NCBI GenBank assembly: GCA_964016885.1
Contig: OZ024749.1
Span: forward strand, 2,914,001 to 2,978,000
Reading direction: 5' to 3'
Source: Eledone cirrhosa
Lineage: Eukaryota
DNA length: 64,000 nt
The translations under genes were made by a program, and so were the position numbers. Positions 12,885 to 26,440 of the stretch are shown here, piece by piece. The stretch's first letter is position 1; every line of letters begins with the position of its first letter. Under the pieces are notes generated by a model that was given only the letters and a program-made list of their open reading frames with translations, did not search any database and was not told the DNA's origin.

Positions 12885-13561
12885 GGTGGTTGTTGGTGTT
12901 GTGGCGTGGTGTCTGCTATATAACTATGGGTGGTTATTGGTGTTGTGGTGTTGTGTCTGCGACTGTGTTTGTAGTTGATACAGAACTAAGGGTGGTTGTT
13001 GGTGTTGTGGTGTGGTGTCGGCGACTGTGTTTGTAGTTGATATAGAACTAAGGGTGGTTATTGATGTTGTGGTGTGGTGTCTGGCGACTGTGTTTGTAGT
13101 TGATACAGAACTAATGGTGGCTATTGATGTTGTGGTGTGGTGTCTGCGACTGTGTTTGTAGTTGATACAGAACTAAGGGTGGTTGTTGGTGTTGTGGTGT
13201 GGTGTCTGCGACTGTGTTTGTAGTTGATACAGAACTAAGGGTGGTTGTTGGTGTTGTGGTGTGGTGTCTGCGACTGTGTTTGTAGTTGATACATAACTAA
13301 GGGTGGCTATTGATGTTGTGGTGTGGTGTCTGCGACTGTGTTTGTAGTTGATACAGAACTAAGGGTGGTTGATGGTGTTGTGGTGTGGTGTCTGCGACTG
13401 TGTTTGTAGTTGATACAGAACTAAGGGTGGTTGATGGTGTTGCGGTGTGGTGTCTGCGACTGTGTTCGTAGTTGATACAGAACTAAGGGTGGCTATTGGT
13501 GTTGTGGTGTTGTGTCTGCGACTGTGTTTGTAGTTGATACAGAACTAAGGGTGGCTATTGG
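12885..13561. repeat. 62 bp tandem minisatellite, ~11 copies
   Basis: Unit GGGTGGTTGTTGGTGTTGTGGTGTGGTGTCTGCGACTGTGTTTGTAGTTGATACAGAACTAA recurs at 13177, 13239, 13301, 13363 etc. Confidence 0.95.
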
Positions 13562-13599
13562 CGAAAGATGCTTAGTATGGTTCTTGCTTGGGTGCATCG

Positions 13600-14330
13600 T
13601 CGCATATGTGCGTGCGGCGTATAAGTTTGTTCCTGGTGACATGACATTTTAGCCTTTGTGGATATGCTGAGTCAGCTGGAGGAAGACATCTCTTTTGGCT
13701 TATTCCTCATCAAAGCTAATGTTGGTCTTTCCTGGAGCTAACGATAGCGTACAGTCGAGCAGATTTAGGGAATCATAGACTGTTGGGTGTTCAAGGTCAT
13801 ACTTAATGGTGCTGTATAGTTGAATAACACTTTATATATTTCCTCCGTGTCGCCCCTGGAATCGGTCACCACTATTGCATCATTTACGTATTTACGATAC
13901 AATGTACTGTGTCGTCCGGAGGGAGTAAAGTGCTTTTCTTTCCAGACTATCCATTGTTACAATTGCCAGGGTTCCGATGATCGGGATCCTGTTGGAAAAG
14001 ATTTTGTATTGTCATTTTGAGGATATTTTGTGAAGGAGTTCTATAAGTTCCCGGTTATTTCCAAAGTGTTCGGATATGTGTGTAATGGTTTTAGTAGTCA
14101 TGCTAGGAGCCAGTCAATTTTCTGGATAGGTGATCTAGTGCTGGCCATGATCGCCCGTACTTTCAGATGGGTTAGGTCTCTGGTGTCTTATGAGTCTTGG
14201 TAAAACAGTGGAATTAGGGGTCTGTATGCAAAGAAGGCTCTGTATTTGTGTCTTTAGTTTCATGCTATCAGAGACACTTATCCACAGATTGTTTCACAGG
14301 TTTTCTATTAGGCCCGTATTGGTGTTGTGT
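13600..14330 (-). pseudogene. Degenerate PLE reverse transcriptase remnant (not in ORF track)
   Basis: Manual minus-strand translation gives RKYVNDAIVVTDSRGDTEEIYKV and IKYDLEHPTVYDSLNLLDCTL, collinear with TRYVDDILILTSYREETDKIY..IKFSMEHPDDRGSLSLLDFQL of the 55 kb PLE. Confidence 0.75.
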
Positions 14331-15617
14331 TATATGTATGTACTGCTTTGCGAGAGGTTTGTTACGGCAGAAATACAAACACACTTAACTCAATGTAACA
14401 CCTTCACAGTGAAATCCGTTGGTTACAACACATCAAATACACCATTAACAGACGAATTAAGCACATTACAAAATACAACAACAACATTTAATGTCAGAAC
14501 ATGGCTAACAGCATACGTAGATACAACATATGAGTTAATTTCTAACGCAACATATCAATATCAACAAATAAACTATAACTTTAAACACAATATACCAACA
14601 ACAAGAGAAGAAGGCATATTATATCACATAGGCACACAGAAAGGTTAGAACAGATTGGTGGATATGGCAGGGTAAACTCAGGAACATAAACAGAACAAGA
14701 AATGACTTGCGAAGAGGTTTTGTCATATTTCAATACGGGTGCTTTGTGTGGTTGCTATCTACTACACATAACTCCACTCGTTTGTCTGATACTAGGTCCC
14801 CTAGCTTTCTATTCTTGAGTAACCTCAGGACTGACCTTACTCTATCTGACAGTTTGTATGTTGGCTGATGGGAAATAGAAGGGCACCTGTGTGTGTGTAT
14901 GAGTGTGTGTGTATGAGAGTGTGTGTATGAGAGTGTGTGTGTATGAGAGTGTGTGTGTGAGAGTGTGTGTGTGTGAGTGTGTGTGTGTGTCTATAAGTTA
15001 GTGAGTGTGTGTGTACGTACGAGAGAGAGAGAGAGTGAGTGAGTGAGTGAGTGAGTGTATGTATCTGTCAGTGTGTGCGTGTGTGTGTATCTGCGTGTGT
15101 GTTTGCGTATGTGAATCAATATAAATGTAAACCATCAGTAATCACATAATGACCAACAATGCCTACATTCAAGAAGACCAATGAAAATGTCTTCAGAAAC
15201 TTTAAATTCTCTGACTATAATAACTACAACACTGCTGCAGACTGTCTGTCGCTCTCAAGATTCTGCTAATTCAAAACTGAATAATATACTGAGATAAAAT
15301 CCCGACAGAATCAACTTTAACATTTATACTTCAAGCTCGATAAAATTAAGTATCAGTGAAATATTTAATCGATTACATTCATTTCGCTTCAACATTGAGG
15401 CGTTCTGTGTTTGAAAGTTGTTTTTTTCTCCTTTTGGAGACATGAGTGGATACGACTAAATTACGGTTAAACAGTCGAACACTTATGTTATGAGGGAATA
15501 GTCACGTTGTAACTGATTTACAGGGACACTCTTACAGATATACATTATAGCCACATATGCACACACACACACACATCACCCCCCCCCCCCCCACACACAC
15601 ACAGACAGACAGCCACT

Positions 15618-15672
<55 letters not shown>

Positions 15673-15904
15673 ACATATACATATAAGAGAGATGGTATTA
15701 TTGATATAACTTATTACTACATAATTCAATAGAATTATGTTATAAGAAGCCGATGTATGAATAAAACCGTATCTCTTATTCATTATATTGAAACTCCGGT
15801 TGATACCTTACGAGACAATTCTAAGGAATACAGATTGTAAAGGGTTTATGTCTGTTTCCGAAAAAGTCGGCGGATTATATCATCAACCAAATATTTTTCC
15901 TATA

Positions 15905-16401
15905 TCTATATATATAAAGTTGTAGATCCTGTCTGTTTGTTTATTTGTTCACGAACTCCTCCTATACTTTTGGAGATAGACCCCCCCCCCATAACCATAC
16001 ATTGCCGAGGGTACTTTGATAAGTATATTTCATATTAATCAAAGGGTTCCTCAGGGACCCACGGGGGGCATAAATTCCTGCTGAAAATTTGTCCCCTTCA
16101 CTTTATATGTAACTTAAACCATAGGTAAATGACAAGATATGATGGCTATTCACAAAATTTGTGAAAATTGTGGAAGCCCATAACTTGAGTATTGGATCTT
16201 CTATTAATTAAACGTAAATCAAGAAAAAAAACGCACCTCTGTTTTATAGTAAAATTTAGCTACTTTAGACATTTTATCTATGACAACAAAAATTATTTGT
16301 TAATGCCTCTACTTTTATTAAATTTTCCCTTTAATTTTTTCTCCATAAATTATGTCACTGATATCATAATTTTCATCATTTTCTTTAAAAAATGTGGCTA
16401 G
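15905..16401 (+). mobile_element. Probable non-autonomous Helitron
   Basis: A|TCTATATATATAAAG start with CTGTCTGTTTGTTT, and a CTAG|T end; no clear subterminal hairpin. Confidence 0.5.
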
Positions 16402-16785
16402 TATATTTATATATATATATATGTGGGGGGGGGGGGGTCTATGTGAGTCCCGTGTTCAATCAAGGCTAATCACAGTTACGAAGTACTCAAAACATAAGTA
16501 GAATGAATACATAATGTTTAATATTAAAATGTTTTTGTACAGGACTAGAAGTGTTTCACTCAAAAGACATTATGAGGAAGGACGACTTTTTCACACCCAT
16601 AAAACTGTTGGTATTTTTATGTTTTCTGGTGGTCGGGGACTGAGGTCATCTCAAGAACACGCACTCTTGAAAAAGACTACATTTGGGTTTATGTGAGAAT
16701 TCTATGTCCTATTTATTTATTTATATATTTATTTGTTGGCTTTGTGTGTATGGTATGTATATTCGAGTTAATATATATATATATA

Positions 16786-16818
<33 letters not shown>

Positions 16819-17486
16819 TTATATATATAAAATCAGCGAGAATCGTATTTCGGCGGGTAGAAATAATCGAAACGAAATTTCCTAGTTGTGTTGTCAAGCG
16901 CGCCATGGACCAAAAGAGACCAGAGCAATAAACTTATGTTATAAAGGCCATACAAACTGAGACGGCGGTTAACAAGCTATCAACCACATAACCCCCCCCC
17001 CCCCCCCCCCCACACACACACACAAAAAAAAAAAAAACGAGGCAAGCTAAACGGGTCGAACAAAATAAATGAAATATTTACCCGGACCCCAGGAAATGAT
17101 GGTATAATCCATTACAGGATTTCTGCGACACCTAAATCAATAATACTGTGTCTGCTTAAAAAGATAAGCTTTTGGTATAATGATCGAACAAGGATGTCAC
17201 TTTTTCAACAAGTATTTTGTTCTGTGTCAGCGTTTGGAATCACACAGTGTTTTGTAGTAGTGAAAGAACATGTGTAGCAGGGGAGAAAACCTCAAATTTT
17301 GGCAAATGAATTCAGTATGTGTAACTCATTGCAAAAATTGCAAAAACAGCACAAATCGAATTAAGCTCTCGACCGAGTAGTTTTTCAATTAAACTTAAGC
17401 AATTAATCAGTCAATAGAAGTATCTAAAAAAAATTAACTGGTTAATTGTTATGTTACACTCGGGGGGTTTAATTCATATATATATA

Positions 17487-17604
<118 letters not shown>

Positions 17605-17895
17605 CACTCTACATGGCTAAATAACTCAGATTACATTTATTGTATTCAGCCATGTAGAGCGAAATTTTGTTTTAATTTGAATTTGGCAAAGCCGGCCATT
17701 TATCGCTCGTATACAGGAAACTGACTGGCCAGTCTGCTGATATGCAAATCTGGCTGATCACTGGATCTGCTAATATGCAGATGTGACTGATCAGCCAGTC
17801 TGCTAATATGCAAATCAGGCCGATCAGTCGCTGCGTATTTTTGAAAATAGCCTATATTTTCATTAGTTCTGACAGTTTGGCAGGTGAACAGTTAG

Positions 17896-17939
17896 CTGTA
17901 CTGATGAAGGGTGATATCTAGAAACATTAGTCTCTACAG
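17896..17939 (+). ncRNA. Type-I hammerhead-like motif
   Basis: CTGTA-CTGATGA-agggtgatatcta-GAAA-cattagtctc-TACAG; 5 bp stem I, weak stem II. Confidence 0.55.
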
Positions 17940-18134
17940 TTCTGTTCGCATGCCAACAGAAGAGCAAGAATGAAGTGGTCATTCTCCTGACATGGCTATA
18001 AAATTGAGGCTTGTTTGCAAAATTGCAAACGAATCGAATGTTATTATTAATATTCGAAAAACTCAGATTAGATTTATATATATATATTTATATATATATA
18101 TATATATATATACTGTCATTGCTACCACAGAGGC

Positions 18135-18222
18135 CCGCCCGACGAACCATTGATTATAGGGTCGGGCTAGATCGCTACAGATTGAACCTTGAGCTGATCA
18201 ATAGCGAAACGCGCGTCACCAA
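18135..18222 (+). ncRNA. Degenerate HHR motif with long stem II; second copy at 40392-40476
   Basis: CCGACGA..ATTGAT...ATCAATAGC-GAAA-CGCGCG-TC here; CTAATGA...CTGATCAGTAGT-AAAA-CGCGCCTC at 40.4 kb. The two copies reconstruct a CTGATGA...GAAACGCGCGTC consensus. Confidence 0.55.
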
Positions 18223-18380
18223 CCAATAAACCTTATGAAGGAGTAACCACTCGTCCTTGTTTTATTATACTACACTCTGTCTAGCACTACACCTCGATAC
18301 TGACGTGAATCTAAACATCGAGTGTTCACCCGGGTGAACCTACAGTAACTCCGCGTTACACTCCCCGGATATATATATAT

Positions 18381-18949
18381 ATTGTTATACTTGGGGAGGG
18401 TCATATTGTTATAATAATATTGCCAGAAATAACAAAAGAACACACTCACTGTTTGGTTGGTTTCGCTTTTGTATCTTTTATATCTCCACAGTTAATTCAT
18501 GTGGTCCTCAATGTTTATCATTGACTGAACAACGGTCAAAAACACAGATATAAACACATATATATAGTCTAACAAAGTGCTTTCGTTACACATCTGCAAC
18601 ATAATCAGTGGTACTATTATGTTCCTCCTGTTGTATTGTATGTCTACACCAACAAACTGGCGGAACATAATGGTACCACTGATGATGTTGCAGATGTGCA
18701 GCGAAAGAAATTTGTTAGACTATATACATGTATTTATATCTGTATTTTTTACCGTTGTTTAGTCCATGATAAACATTGAAACCACATGAATTAACTGTGG
18801 TGTGGAAATATAAACGATACAGAAGCGAAACCAACCAAACAGTGAGTGTGTGCTGTTGTTATTTCTGGCAATATTATTACAACAATGTGACCCTCCCCAA
18901 GTATAACAATATTTGTTTCGACACACGATTTCATATCAAAACCTCGCAA

Positions 18950-18952
<3 letters not shown>
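18381..18952. mobile_element. Fold-back element, ~245 bp arms (18381-18625 / 18662-18910), HHR-like cores near the loop; single-arm copy at 51466-51800
   Basis: ATTGTTATACTTGGGGAGGGTCA versus TGACCCTCCCCAAGTATAACAAT; CTGATGA-tGTTGCAgatgTGCAGC-GAAA at 18679-18706. Confidence 0.9.
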
Positions 18953-18980
<28 letters not shown>

Positions 18981-18985
<5 letters not shown>

Positions 18986-19161
18986 AACCAGTAAGACCCC
19001 GACAGCTGAGCTCAAGCCGTTTCGACGGAGAATTAGCCGTCGAAACGGCTTGAGCTCAGCTGTCGGGGTCTTACTGGTTCCTATTACCCACTCTACTACC
19101 TCAAGTATTGAGTACTTTGGTGCGTTATGGTCCACCTGGTTCCTTACCACATTTCCTTCGT

Positions 19162-19162
<1 letters not shown>
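18981..19162. mobile_element. Inverted, near-identical copy of the 5298-5487 hairpin element
   Basis: Identical except at the apex (GACGG-agaattag-CCGTC). Confidence 0.92.
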
Positions 19163-19194
<32 letters not shown>

Positions 19195-19832
19195 GTATAT
19201 ATATATGTGTGTTTATGTGTATGTGTGTGTGTGTGTACATTATTTAGTTATATATATATATGCACATATATATATATATATGTATATATATATATGTGTG
19301 TTTGTGTGTGTATGTGTATGTATTTGTGTGTGTGTGTGTGTGTGTTTATGTGTGTATGTGTATGTGTTTGTGTGTGTGTGTACATTATTTAATTATTTAT
19401 ATATATAACATTTTCTACATTACTACATTATACACACATTAACTATATACATATATAACAACATTGACACACGGGAAATGTAGTGATATTTTTCCGTTAT
19501 CTTCACTGAAATATTTCTCCCACTTACAACTCTAAATGATATTAATGTATGATAAATATAATAATATTTCCTGATCTTGATTCACAACGATGAACAAAAA
19601 TCTATTCTAATCACATTTTCACTCTGCTTCATTTTATCATTGTTATTGCAGATATTTTTATTATTGGTATCGTTATTCCTCCATCATAATTGTTTGACTT
19701 TTCTCTCACAGAGGAAAAAAATCCGATAAACAATATACAAAGAAAGGAAATATTTTTCACTCTTATTTCTTTCGTAATATGTGTTGCTATATCAATGTGT
19801 TTATGTATATATATAAATATATATATATATAT

Positions 19833-19897
<65 letters not shown>

Positions 19898-19917
19898 CAT
19901 AGTATATATATATATGA

Positions 19918-19961
<44 letters not shown>

Positions 19962-20078
19962 TCATATATATATTCATTCATACATATATATATGCATATA
20001 TATATATATATATATATATGCGTATATATATATATATATATATGCAAACCGCCAGAGATTCGATTTTACTAAATATCC

Positions 20079-20115
<37 letters not shown>

Positions 20116-20214
20116 TACATTCATATATATATATATATACATACATTCATATATATATATACATACATACATTCATATATATATATACATACATACATTC
20201 ATATATATATATAC

Positions 20215-20265
<51 letters not shown>

Positions 20266-20288
20266 TATGTACATATATATATATATAA

Positions 20289-20334
<46 letters not shown>

Positions 20335-20890
20335 ATATATATAAATGTGTGTGTTGGTATGTATATCATATAGATCTATATAAAAATATTACATATATCC
20401 TAGAAACGATCGTAAAATGATGAATTTTTTTAATATAAGGAAATTATCTTCTCTTTTCATGATATTTGGATTACATTGAGTTCTTCATACGGAGTGGAAA
20501 CTACCGTATATTTTGGTAGATATATATGTAAAGACACGTATATAAGAAGTATGCATCTCTGTGTATATACACGATCACGTGACTGGAACTATTAAATATC
20601 ATACGGGATTTGTGATTTTCTATTCTTTCAGTTTCACACTTTTATTTTTCTATCTATCTCTCTATCTATCTATCTATCTATCTAAATATCTCTATCAATC
20701 TTTCTATTTATCTATATTTATATATATATATATCAATTTATTTATCTATATATATATATATCTATTTATATATCTATCTATCTATTTATCCTACAATATA
20801 TATATATATATCAATTTATTTATCTATATATCTATTTATCTGTTCCTATATATCTATCTATCTATCTATTATCTATCTATTATCTATCTA

Positions 20891-20957
<67 letters not shown>

Positions 20958-21414
20958 TTAAATATGTATCTACCTTTATCTATCTACCAACATATAAATA
21001 TATATGTAACTCCATACGCACGTAGATATGTTTGTCTTCTCATATTTACACACACACAGAGACACACACACATACACGGACACACACACACCACACACAT
21101 ACACACAATCACACAGAGACATATCTCTATACAAACATATCTGTGTATGGAATCTAAATGTTAGTTAGAGAGGTTTGCTTCAAAGTAGTGTTAACTCTGA
21201 ACAACAATGGTGTAAAGATGATATTACCTGATATCACAACGGCTACTCAATGACAACTAGCAACAAATTGTTTACTTTTACTTCTGTTTCCCTCTCAGTA
21301 ATGTCGGGGCATCTCTCTCACATATTCCTCTCTTGTTCACCTCGCATTTCTCATCTTTTCTGACATCTGATATTGTCTTACTGTATCTTACTCTGTTTTT
21401 CACTCTTTTACTGC

Positions 21415-22150
21415 GTTACTCTGTCTTACACTGTGTTACTCTATATTACACTATGTTACACTGTGTTACACTGTGTTACACTGTGTTACACTGTGTTAAA
21501 CTGTGTTACACTGTGTTACACTCTGTTACCCTGGGCTACACTGTGTAACACTATGCTACACTATGTTACACTGTATTACACTAGGTTACACTGTGTTACA
21601 CTGTGTTACACTGTGTTACACTGTGTTACACTGTGTTACACCGTGTTACAATGTTACACTCTGTTACAATATGTTACACTATTTTACCTTGTGCTACACT
21701 GATTTACACTGTTTTACGCTGCACGGCACTGTGTTACACTGTGTTGCACTGTGTTACACTGTGTTACATTGTGTTACGGTGTTACACTATGTTACACTAT
21801 GTTACACTATGTTACACTGTATTATATCATGTTACACTGCGCTACACTGTGTTAAACTGTGTTACACTGTGTTACACTGTTATACTATGTTACACTGTAT
21901 TATATCATGTTACACTGTGCTACAATGTGTTACACTGTGTCACCCTGCGTTACACTGTGTTACACTGTTACACTGTGTTACACTGTTACATTATGTTACA
22001 CTGTATTATATCATGTTACACTGTGCTACAATGTGTTACAATGTGTTTCACTGCGTCACACTGCGTTACACTGCGTTACACTGTGTTACACTGAGTTACA
22101 TTATGTTACACTGTGTTACACTGTGTTACACTGTGTTACACTGTGTATTA
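21415..22150. repeat. 10 bp minisatellite (CTGTGTTACA)n
   Basis: Direct reading; explains the LHCVTLCYTV ORFs. Confidence 0.97.
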
Positions 22151-22616
22151 TATTGTGTATTACTGTTGAAAAATGTCTGTGTGGCTTTACGTGACACTAT
22201 TTATACTTAACATAATGAACATCTAATCTCTACTTCGGTATTGAATACTCTTTTTTCCAGCGAAGTACATACGTATATATATATATATGATATATTTTCT
22301 TTAGGTCGATATGGAAGCCTCAACAATGCAGATGGGTAAGTCTCCGGGTAACAGTATCCGGTGTTGAAGAGAGAGAGAGATGTATGTGAATGTAGAACGA
22401 GATGTATAGTGTGTAGAGGAACGTAGGAAAGAGCGTAAACAATAAAAATAATGACACGAGGCAGAGTTACCTTGGGAGAGATTTAATTGTCCCTATATAT
22501 TTCGGATTCACATCCATCAAATGGGGGGTTTTCGGGGGAGGGGGGGGATTATCTGTCGGATAGGTGTGAAACGTGTCCTCCGCTGTTCGTTGATTTGAAT
22601 ATATATATATATATAT

Positions 22617-22883
22617 ATTATTCAAAATATTAATAAATGAAAACTATTCTCATAACCAAAATATATATTTTATTATACATATTTATTATACATATTTCAA
22701 AGTTACAATGATGTTTAAGTACGTTTTCATCAGATAAAATATGTGAGAGATTGGATATTCAATTCTAGTAGTGTTATTAATATTTTGAACAGTATTAAAT
22801 ACTCCAGAAAAATAACTGTCGAGTGTTTCCTATCTATTGTAAAATTGTATTCGTTGAATAATCATCGAAACATTTAAACTTTG

Positions 22884-22885
<2 letters not shown>
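22617..22885. mobile_element. Internally deleted copy of the 7861-8204 family, minus-strand HHR at ~22690-22740
   Basis: Same ends; minus strand reads TTTAT-CTGATGA-aaacgtac...cttt-GAAA-TATGTA. Confidence 0.8.
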
Positions 22886-22957
<72 letters not shown>

Positions 22958-22960
<3 letters not shown>

Positions 22961-24262
22961 CGAAGGAAATGTGGTTAGGAACCAGATGAACCATAACGCT
23001 CCAAAGTACACAATACTTAGGGTAGTAGAGTGGGTAATAGGAACAAGTATGACCCCGAGGGCAGAGCTCAAGCCGTTTCGACGGCTATTTCTGGACTAAA
23101 TAAGAGTTTTTATTCTGTTAAATAAATAGCCAAACTTATCAATGGGAACTTCCTTATATTGGAAGATAGTAATTGTCAAGAGGATTGGTTAAAATTCGTT
23201 ATAAAGACAGATAAATCTATCATGGCATTTGGTGGGAGGTAGGGGTGGCTGAACTTGCCGGTAGAACAAAGAGGGAGTGGGGAAAGCCAGTCAGACGTTG
23301 AAAGTGGAATCTATACAGAAGATTCTAATGATAGTGTATAAAAGGTAGAACAAATTGTACTGGAGAAAAGCAGGGGGGTGAAAGAATAGGTAGATCGAAA
23401 GGGAGTAGTATAAAACTATTTATAAAAATAAATATATAAAGACAATATTGATAGTGAGAAATGTGAAAAAAAGAATAACAGCTGCTAAAAATTAGTAGGT
23501 ATTGCTAAGCAATAGAAAAGTTTAATAGGTAGAGAATGGGAAAAATCGAAGTTGTAGTTGGTAGTGAAAAAAATTTGTATAAGCCGGCTTTACAGGGGGT
23601 CTAACACCGCTGCTATAAATAGTTAGTAAAGCGTAATCAGCCAATGCTATCTTACGATGACAGGTTAAAGATGAGAACAAAAATACTAAATACGGAATTT
23701 AGAAATTGTAGAAATGGAGTAGTAACAAAAAAGAAACAATTACGGGGTCTAACACATCTGCTATAAAAAGCGTAATAGGCCAATTCTATCTTGAAATTAT
23801 AGGGAGGCGGTACTGAGGCTACAAAGGACCGATAGGCTGCATCGGGGTAGGCGAAAGGTGAAAGACAGACGAGGAAGGAGATCTGGGGTGGAAGGAATAG
23901 GATGAAATGAGGGAAGAAGGGAACGTAATGGAAAAGAAAAAAAGGTTACTTCTACCTATGTAAACAGGGGTTTCCCCTAACAAAATCGGCAAAGGGGGGG
24001 GGGTATCACCCGTTGTCTATCCACCCGGGTCGTTATGGGCTTTCAGGGCGAAGTACGTCCTACGCAATCTGTGTTAGCATGCGGTTACCAGTTCGTCTTA
24101 CTTGCTTAGGTGTTGGTCCTTAGAAAACAGCATTTGTAATGTTTCCTCCGAGCATAAGTTACACGGACGGCGTCCTCCCGTGTAAGAGTTAGCTCTGGAC
24201 AGTAAGCCCCAAGTGAGATTGTAGGTTATATTTTTATCTTTGAGGTCCCAGATATGGACGTG
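22958..24262 (-). mobile_element. 3' end of a PLE: endonuclease C-terminus (~24040-24262), 3' UTR, HHR (23052-23147) and terminal repeat
   Basis: Manual translation HIWDLKDKNITYNLTWGLLSRANSYTGGRRPCNLCSEE...LSK*DELVTAC*HR matches the C-terminus of the 26 kb and 35 kb PLEs. Confidence 0.8.
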
Positions 24263-24889
24263 TTATTTTTAACTAAAGACATTTTGTTCTATTCCATCCC
24301 GCCCGTCCTCTCAATCTATTTTATTTCTCATTTATTCTTCTGATGAAGGACTGGCGTCCGAACCTTTGAGACCCTCTTCCTGCTATATCAAGCGTTAACC
24401 TAATAGATACCTTCCATATACTGTACCAATTGTGTTGTTATTTCTGTTTACCTTTTACACACACACACACGCACACGTACACACAAACACACACATACAC
24501 ACACACACACACCCATATATATATATATATATATATATGTGAATGCGCATGGCTTAGTGGTTAGAGCATTAGGCTTGAATTCGAAAGGTTCTACGGATTG
24601 AACGACTTATGAGATTAATTACAGAATAATGAAAATCAACCGACTATAATAACTAATCATATCGAGACAAGATCATTTGATTCAGGGAATATTGTGTGTT
24701 TATAATTCCACATATAATTTGATTTAGTATGTCCTCTTATGTAAGTTGTGCCTTACAATATTGAATGGTTGTTGGCTGCTATGTTTTGTAGTCAAAAGTT
24801 CTATTTGCACATCCTGGACCTTCTACGTATGTTTCTCCTCTCTTATCACATGTGCGTTTTTTGTCTACTTATTAACAATGATAATATTG

Positions 24890-25039
24890 ACACTACTACT
24901 ACTACTACTACTATTACTACTACTACTACTACTACTACTGCTACTAATAATAATAATAATAATACCGCCGCCGCTGCTACTACTACTACTACTACTACTA
25001 CTACTAATAATAATAATAATAATACCGCCGCCGCTGCTG

Positions 25040-25093
<54 letters not shown>

Positions 25094-25114
25094 ATAATAA
25101 TAATAATAATACCG

Positions 25115-25156
<42 letters not shown>

Positions 25157-25175
25157 ATGATGATGATAACAATAA
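24890..25175. repeat. Compound (ACT)n/(AAT)n/(GCC)n repeat
   Basis: Direct reading. Confidence 0.95.
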
Positions 25176-25455
25176 TAAAAATAGAAAAGGAAACAAAAGA
25201 TGAAAATATGGCGAGAAAAAAGGGAAAAAGAATGAAAAAAAGAAACGGGACAAGCGGGGATAGTAAGAGTTGTAGTGTCGCAGAAGAGAGTGGAGAGTTG
25301 CTGGGGGCGGGTGATTGGATGTCGGGCCTAGGGCATGGGGACAGAAGGGCTTCACCCAGCGGAGAAAACCACAGTAGCATGTCGCGTACATTGGCCACAG
25401 ACTCCCGCTGCAATAGCCACCCCACCCCGCTGGGCTACTTCTAATTATTATTTAG

Positions 25456-25650
25456 TTGTGGATTGGCAGTATCGGTACAGGGTGGGACTCCATGCTTTGT
25501 CGCATAGAGTTACGGCCCTTGTCATTCTGAGTTCAAATCTCGCCGAGGTTGACTTTGCATTTCATCCTTACAGGGTCGATAAAATAAAGTACCAGTAATG
25601 CACTGATTAATTGCTGGCCTTGTACCAAAAGTCCAAAAGTAGAAACAATT
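25456..25650 (+). mobile_element. tRNA-derived SINE (family of 29733-29918)
   Basis: GTGGATTGGCAGTATC head, GAGTTCAAATC B-box, GCCGAGGTTGACTTTGC.TTTCATCCTTAC.GGGTCGATAAAATAAAGTACCAG core. Confidence 0.85.
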
Positions 25651-25679
25651 ATTTAGTTGTGATGAGCATATTAATTGCT

Positions 25680-25763
25680 CACATCCACTGAAGAGCCCCC
25701 ATTGATTAATATCTTATTAATCAATTGAGAAACAAAGTTCTATTTAGATCATGTCTGGATGTG
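25680..25763 (+). ncRNA. Type-I hammerhead ribozyme motif
   Basis: CACATCCA-CTGAAGA-..ATTGATTAAT atctt ATTAATCAAT..-GAAA-CA..TG-TC|TGGATGTG: 8 bp stem I, 10 bp distal stem II (basal pairs broken), GUC site at 25753-25755. Confidence 0.8.
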
Positions 25764-25858
25764 GTTATTTATTATAGCCGCTATATTTTCATTATTCTTT
25801 AAGTAATCTCTATCCGTAGTTAATATTTTCGTCACTCTGGTGGTTTTGTTATCCCTTA

Positions 25859-25990
25859 CTAGCAGAATAGCCCGGCGTTGTTCGGTATTCTAAACATAGA
25901 TTGGCATGTTTATCCCTCCTTTCTGAAACAGTACAGAGAAGTCCGAAATACCTCGGCCTCGGGATGGTGTCTACATTTTGTGCTTATAAA
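25859..25990 (-). mobile_element. Helitron-like 3' end (hairpin + CTAG)
   Basis: Minus strand CCGAACAACGCCGGGCTATTCTGCTAG|T. A similar end lies at 49090-49120, cut by the gap. Confidence 0.5.
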
Positions 25991-26194
25991 AAAAAATTCG
26001 TCGTAGATTACATAATTGGGTGCCTGTGAGTAAAATGTTCAAACCACGAAAGCCAAGACGATAGGGTTAAGTAAAAAGGCATTCGACAAACCGAACAAAG
26101 CAAAGAATCGCTGCTTTCATCCTTAACGGGATCTTTTGAAACTAAAAAAATCAATCTGTGAACGCAGGAGTAAATAGTTCGAAAAAAGGTTACA

Positions 26195-26274
<80 letters not shown>

Positions 26275-26440
26275 TATATATATACATATATACACACACA
26301 CACACAGATACCGAAGTCAGACTTAGGTTACGAGATGGGGATACATCGAGTTCTTAATTGTAGTCTACAAATCGCACTCAAGTACCCATTTATAATGATA
26401 AGCAGGGTATTGTCTTGTAGTGTGGGGGTGAGGGATATAG

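Noticed and set aside
12885-13561. Regular 62 bp array (also the 77 bp and 40 bp arrays) as a possible CRISPR array
   Set aside because: Whole units repeat with no unique spacers, there are no cas genes, and the context is eukaryotic.
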